Assembly: GCA_945917765.1 (NCBI GenBank)
Contig: CAMEHU010000003.1
Span: forward strand, 8,719-72,718
Length of the DNA: 64,000 bases
Source: an uncultured Lachnospiraceae bacterium
Lineage (GTDB): Bacteria > Bacillota > Clostridia > TANB77 > CAG-508
Reading direction: 5' to 3'
In this document: piece by piece, positions 60,218 through 64,000 of the stretch
Position numbering within the stretch: the first letter of the stretch is position 1
Layout of the letters: the number at the start of each line of letters is the position of its first letter
The notes under the pieces: model-generated
What the model saw: only the letters and a program-made list of their open reading frames with translations
What the model was told of the DNA's origin: nothing
The model's database searches: none
Made by a program: the position numbers and the translations under genes

Positions 60218-60408
60218 AGTTTTTTTCTCCTTTTTTCTTTTGATTTTATACTTTAATTTTACATTTAATTATTTTTTTCGTCAATATATTTTTTGTATTT
60301 TTTTAAAATTTATTCAAACTTTTCTTTTTTTATTTTTTATAACCATATTATAACATTCTAAGCTAGCAATTAAAGTGTTTTAAATATTTTGCAATCTCAT
60401 ATATATTA

Positions 60409-61500
60409 CTATACATTAAATCTGAATAATACTACATCTCCGTCTTTCATAATATATTCTTTTCCTTCAGAACGAACTAAACCTTTTTCTTTAGCATTAT
60501 TCATTGAACCTTCTCTTATTAAATCATCATAAGAAACAATTTCAGCTCTTATAAATCCTCTTTCAATATCTGAATGTATTTTACCTGCAGCTTGTGGTGC
60601 TTTTGTACCTTTTTTTATTGTCCAAGCTCTTACTTCAGGTTCACCTGCTGTTAAAAATGACATTAATCCTAATAAATCATAACTTGCTTTTATTACTTTA
60701 TCTAATCCAGACTCTTCTAATCCTAAAGCTTCAAGCATTTCTTGTTTATCTTCATTTTCAAGTGATGCTAATTCCTCTTCAATTTTAATACATAAAGGAA
60801 TTACTTCAGCACCTTCATTTTTAGCATACTCTTTTACCTTTGCAACATTTTCATCATTGTCAGCATTTTGTAATTGTTCTTCTGAAACATTGGCGATATA
60901 TAATGTTGGTTTTGCAGTTAGTAAAAATGTGTCTTTAATCATATCTTGTTCTTCTTCAGATAATTCAACAGTTCTAGCACATTTTCCAGCTTCTAAAGCA
61001 CTTTTAATTTTTTCCAATACATCTATTTCAGCTTGTACTTTTTTATCTGCTTTTAATTTTATCTTTGCTCTGTCTAATCTTTTATCTAAAGTTTCTATAT
61101 CAGCAAAAATTAGTTCTAAATTTATTGTTTCAATATCCCTTAAAGGATTAATGTTTCCATCAACATGCACAACATTTGGGTTTTCAAAACATCTTACAAC
61201 TTGTACAATGCTATCAACTTCTCTGATATGTGATAAAAACTTATTTCCTAATCCTTCACCTTTACTAGCTCCTTTAACTAATCCTGCAATATCAACAAAT
61301 TCTATTACTGCATGTGTTATTTTTTCAGGATTATACATTTTAGCTAATTCGTCTAATCTTTCATCTGGAACTGGAACTACGCCAACATTAGGCTCAATTG
61401 TGCAAAATGGATAATTTGCGCATTCTGCACCAGCATTTGTAATTGCATTAAATAATGTACTTTTACCAACATTTGGAAGTCCTACTATACCTATTTTCAT
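60409..61500 (-). CDS. ychF: redox-regulated ATPase YchF
   Basis: GIVGLPNVGKST G1 motif. 363 aa with a C-terminal TGS-like domain. Confidence 0.95.
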   Translation of the reverse strand: MKIGIVGLPNVGKSTLFNAITNAGAECANYPFCTIEPNVGVVPVPDERLDELAKMYNPEKITHAVIEFVDIAGLVKGASKGEGLGNKFLSHIREVDSIVQVVRCFENPNVVHVDGNINPLRDIETINLELIFADIETLDKRLDRAKIKLKADKKVQAEIDVLEKIKSALEAGKCARTVELSEEEQDMIKDTFLLTAKPTLYIANVSEEQLQNADNDENVAKVKEYAKNEGAEVIPLCIKIEEELASLENEDKQEMLEALGLEESGLDKVIKASYDLLGLMSFLTAGEPEVRAWTIKKGTKAPQAAGKIHSDIERGFIRAEIVSYDDLIREGSMNNAKEKGLVRSEGKEYIMKDGDVVLFRFNV

Positions 61501-61502
61501 AA

Positions 61503-62270
61503 TTAATTAATCTCTCCTTCATTTTGTTCATTGTATTTTGTCCATGGATTATCTGGGTCAGGATCTGTAGGATCCCAACCTTTTAATTCATCACTATAAT
61601 TTGAAATTTTTTTAATGTTTTTATCATTTATTACTATATTACTATTATCTTCTGCACAAAATTCTACTTGTGTTCCTGAACTACAATTATCATAAATCCA
61701 TTTAGAATCTTCAACAGTTAATCTAACACACCCTTTAGATGCATTTGTTCCTAATTTGTCAAATTCCCAGTATTCTAAAGTTGATTTATCTTTTTGAGTA
61801 TATGGGACTGAATGGAATAAAATAGGTCCTGTAATTCTTGTTGCATATTGTCCATAAACTCCACCAACCAATTTAGCCCATTCATATTTATTAGAAATTT
61901 CATAAACACCTTCAGTTGGAGTATCTACTCCAGTTGAACAAATCATAGTTTTTACTGGAATAGTATATTCACCATTTTCATCTAAAGTATATATGATAAC
62001 ATTTTGCATTTTATAATTTACTTTTATGTAATATGATGATTCATCACAATCTAAAATCTCTAACTTATAATTATTAGCTGATATTTCATTACTAACATTA
62101 TTTTCAATTTTTGAGGTTTCTGTAATAATCATATTATCATCATTTTTTGAATTCACAGAAATAATAATCATATTTACAATAATAATTAATATTTCTAAAA
62201 CAAGCAAACATAATATGTATTCTAAAATATTCTTTTTGTAATTTCTTTTATTTAACTCATTTTTCCTCAT
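61503..62270 (-). CDS. L,D-transpeptidase (YkuD domain), membrane anchored
   Basis: LFHSVPY...SKGCVRLT catalytic motif, followed by [12 protein letters not shown]. Confidence 0.8.
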   Translation of the reverse strand: MRKNELNKRNYKKNILEYILCLLVLEILIIIVNMIIISVNSKNDDNMIITETSKIENNVSNEISANNYKLEILDCDESSYYIKVNYKMQNVIIYTLDENGEYTIPVKTMICSTGVDTPTEGVYEISNKYEWAKLVGGVYGQYATRITGPILFHSVPYTQKDKSTLEYWEFDKLGTNASKGCVRLTVEDSKWIYDNCSSGTQVEFCAEDNSNIVINDKNIKKISNYSDELKGWDPTDPDPDNPWTKYNEQNEGEIN

Positions 62271-62325
62271 ATTTTCACCTAACTTTTATGCATACATAAA
62301 TAACTTATGCATTTTTCATTAATTA

Positions 62326-63735
62326 TTATCCCCCATTTTGATTTGTATCTTCCGTATTTCCATTACCAGCATTTTCTCTTTTATTAATAGTTATTGTTAT
62401 TATTGTGCCTTTTTTAACTTTTGCTCCTGCTGATATACTTTGTTTTAATACTGTTTTATCTGTTTTATTTTCGTTTGATTCATATTTCACTTCTATAACC
62501 AAATCTTTCAAAGCATCTCTATATTCTGTTTCTGTCATTCCAATTACATTTGGTACTACAACTAAGTTAGCTTCTTCTGCAGCCTTTCTTGCTGCTTCTT
62601 CTTCTGCAGCTTTTTTTGCCGCTTCTGCTTCCGCTGCCTTTCTTGCCGCCTCTTCTGCGGCTTTTCTTGCTGCTTCTTCTTCTGCCTTCTTTCTTGCAGC
62701 TTCTTCTTCCGCAGCCTTTCTTGCTGCCTCTTCCTCAGCAGCTTTTCTTGCTGCATCTTCTTCTGCTTTTTTTCTTGCAGCCTCTTCTGCTTCTCTTTGT
62801 TGTCTTTCTATATCTTCTTGATGTCTCCAAGGATTATTTGGATCAGGATCTGTAGGATCCCATAATCTTAAAGGCTCTGGATATCCACTAATTTTCTTAG
62901 CACTTGGTTTTCCTAAAGGTCCTGGATTTGATGATGAATAAAACTCAACAGATGTTCCTATAGGGCAATTATCAAAAATCCACTTAGCATCTGCAACTGT
63001 TAAACGAATACATCCTAATGACCTAGTTTGTCCTAATCTATCATATTCCCAATATTCAAATTGATTAATATCGCCATTTAAATATGGTACTGAGTGGAAT
63101 AAAATTTGACCAGTAATTCTTGTACAATATTTACCAGCAGAACCAATTAAAGCTTTCCATGAATATTTAGCTTGCGTTTTATATACTCCGGAACGTGGAG
63201 TTGACGCACCAGTTGAGCATACCATTGCTTTTATAGGAACAGTATAATCACCATTTGCATCCTTACTATATACAGTTACTGTATTTGCAGTGTAATTTAC
63301 TTTAATCCAGTATGGATAACCTTGTGACGCAAGTTTTCGTTTTTCTTCCTCTTTCTTTTTTCTTTCTTCTTCCTTCTTTATACGTTCTTCTTCTCTTTTT
63401 TGTTTTTCCTCTTCAGTTAATTCTTCTTTTTTCTCTTCTTCTTTATCTTTTTCTTTATCTTCATCTAAATCTTGTTCATCTTCAAATTCGCCTTCTACGT
63501 CTTGTATTTCTTCAAATTTACCTTCTACATCCTGTATTGCAACTCCAAATTCGTCATTATCTAATCCTTCAGTTTTATTTTCAGCTAATGTTTGAGTGGC
63601 ATTTTTATTGGCATTTTGCTCATAAAAAACGTTATACAATCCAATAGATAAACCAACTAAACAAACAACTGTAGCAATACATATTGCAACAGCTATAGAT
63701 ATCTGTTTGATTTTTTCTTTTTTACTTTCTTCCAT
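62326..63735 (-). CDS. L,D-transpeptidase (YkuD) with charged helical repeats and a C-terminal PASTA domain
   Basis: LFHSVPY...SLGCIRLT, then [12 protein letters not shown], then (EEAARKAAE)n. The PASTA-like segment is [61 protein letters not shown]. Confidence 0.8.
   Translation of the reverse strand: MEESKKEKIKQISIAVAICIATVVCLVGLSIGLYNVFYEQNANKNATQTLAENKTEGLDNDEFGVAIQDVEGKFEEIQDVEGEFEDEQDLDEDKEKDKEEEKKEELTEEEKQKREEERIKKEEERKKKEEEKRKLASQGYPYWIKVNYTANTVTVYSKDANGDYTVPIKAMVCSTGASTPRSGVYKTQAKYSWKALIGSAGKYCTRITGQILFHSVPYLNGDINQFEYWEYDRLGQTRSLGCIRLTVADAKWIFDNCPIGTSVEFYSSSNPGPLGKPSAKKISGYPEPLRLWDPTDPDPNNPWRHQEDIERQQREAEEAARKKAEEDAARKAAEEEAARKAAEEEAARKKAEEEAARKAAEEAARKAAEAEAAKKAAEEEAARKAAEEANLVVVPNVIGMTETEYRDALKDLVIEVKYESNENKTDKTVLKQSISAGAKVKKGTIITITINKRENAGNGNTEDTNQNGG
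62575..62790 (-). repeat. in-frame tandem coding repeat (~33-nt period) encoding [11 protein letters not shown] units
   Basis: Reiterated gcagcctttcttgctgc[ct]tcttc units on the plus strand. Confidence 0.6.
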
Positions 63736-63783
63736 ATAATTAAATACCCCTTTTCTTTTTATATGTTTTTTCTTATGAATTGT

Positions 63784-63859
63784 TGGAGCTTACGAACGGG
63801 CTTGAACCGTCGACCTCTGCCTTACCAAGGCAGTGCTCTACCTGCTGAGCTACGCAAGC
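63784..63859 (-). tRNA. tRNA-Thr (anticodon GGT), CCA encoded
   Basis: GCTTGCG TA GCTC AGCAGGTA GAGC A CTGCC TTGGTAA GGCAG AGGTC GACGG TTCAAGC CCGTT CGTAAGC T CCA. 76 nt. Confidence 0.9.
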
Positions 63860-63905
63860 AAATATTAAATGTAAAATTCCTCTACTTTAATTTACAATAA
63901 TATTA

Positions 63906-63940
63906 ACAAAAAGTCAATATATGAATTACATATATTGACC
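63906..63940 (-). terminator. rho-independent terminator after the partial upstream gene
   Basis: 11-bp stem gtcaatatatg / catatattgac, followed on the minus strand by tttttg. Confidence 0.6.
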
Positions 63941-63946
63941 TTAAAT

Positions 63947-64000
63947 TTATTCTTCAACAATATTTCTTATAGCTTTTTTACGAATTCTTTGAATTGCATT
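63947..64000 (-). CDS. 3' end of an unidentified gene (N-terminus outside window)
   Basis: Frame is open to the right edge and ends ...NAIQRIRKKAIRNIVEE*. It vaguely resembles the end of a sigma-70 region 4 or HTH protein, but is too short to call. Confidence 0.3.
   Translation of the reverse strand, partial: NAIQRIRKKAIRNIVEE

Noticed and set aside
62405-62821. 138-aa Ala/Ser/Phe-rich plus-strand ORF, plus the ORFs at 62562..62756 and 62589..62855.
   Set aside because: All are alternative or antisense readings of the tandem AARKAAEEE coding repeat of the L,D-transpeptidase gene.

Overview
This is a 64-kb window from a very AT-rich genome, roughly 25-30% GC by eye. The organism looks like a spore-forming Firmicute of the Clostridia type, based on spoIIP, a T-box-controlled glyQS and ppdK. 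I support about 57 protein-coding loci, and more than 90% of them are on the minus strand. Most are core housekeeping genes: trxA plus a thioredoxin-reductase-like flavoprotein, rqcH, ligA, pgsA, a UPF0182 membrane protein, ftsY, a heterodimeric ABC exporter, pepC, nrdI, dxs, ppdK, glyQS, pgi, spoIIP, rel, recJ, an M50 protease-cdsA-uppS-polyprenyl synthase-frr-pyrH block, ychF and two L,D-transpeptidases. There are also two single tRNA-Thr genes. No rRNA, CRISPR array, transposase, integrase or recognisable defence system is present. Accessory or decayed patches lie at about 16.1-21.7 kb and 32.7-35.3 kb. The main signals not explained by ordinary annotation are as follows. (1) A family of long intergenic palindromes shares the 11-mer AATTGGGGACG (2718-2826, 9232-9340, 41521-41765, 46368-46508). 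They sit flush against stop codons, a terminator and Shine-Dalgarno sites, and one sits inside the glyQS T-box leader. (2) A 320-bp near-perfect inverted repeat is flanked by a GATT direct repeat and supplies the stop codon of a DUF4116 gene, which is MITE-like. (3) A ~240-bp promoter + leader + N-terminal-coding module is duplicated at 17.86 kb and 32.78 kb with different downstream cargo. The first copy heads a visibly GC-richer two-gene islet. (4) Three 1-nt frameshifts (PiT transporter, ppdK and a hypothetical gene) all have the same local signature, an extra C immediately 5' of a GGA codon. (5) There are several unusual domain architectures: a MATE-cytidylate-kinase-like fusion, a GH73-SH3b-dockerin protein, an L,D-transpeptidase-PASTA fusion and a PDZ-less RseP-like protease. 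All functional calls rest on motif and family recognition by eye; no searches were run.
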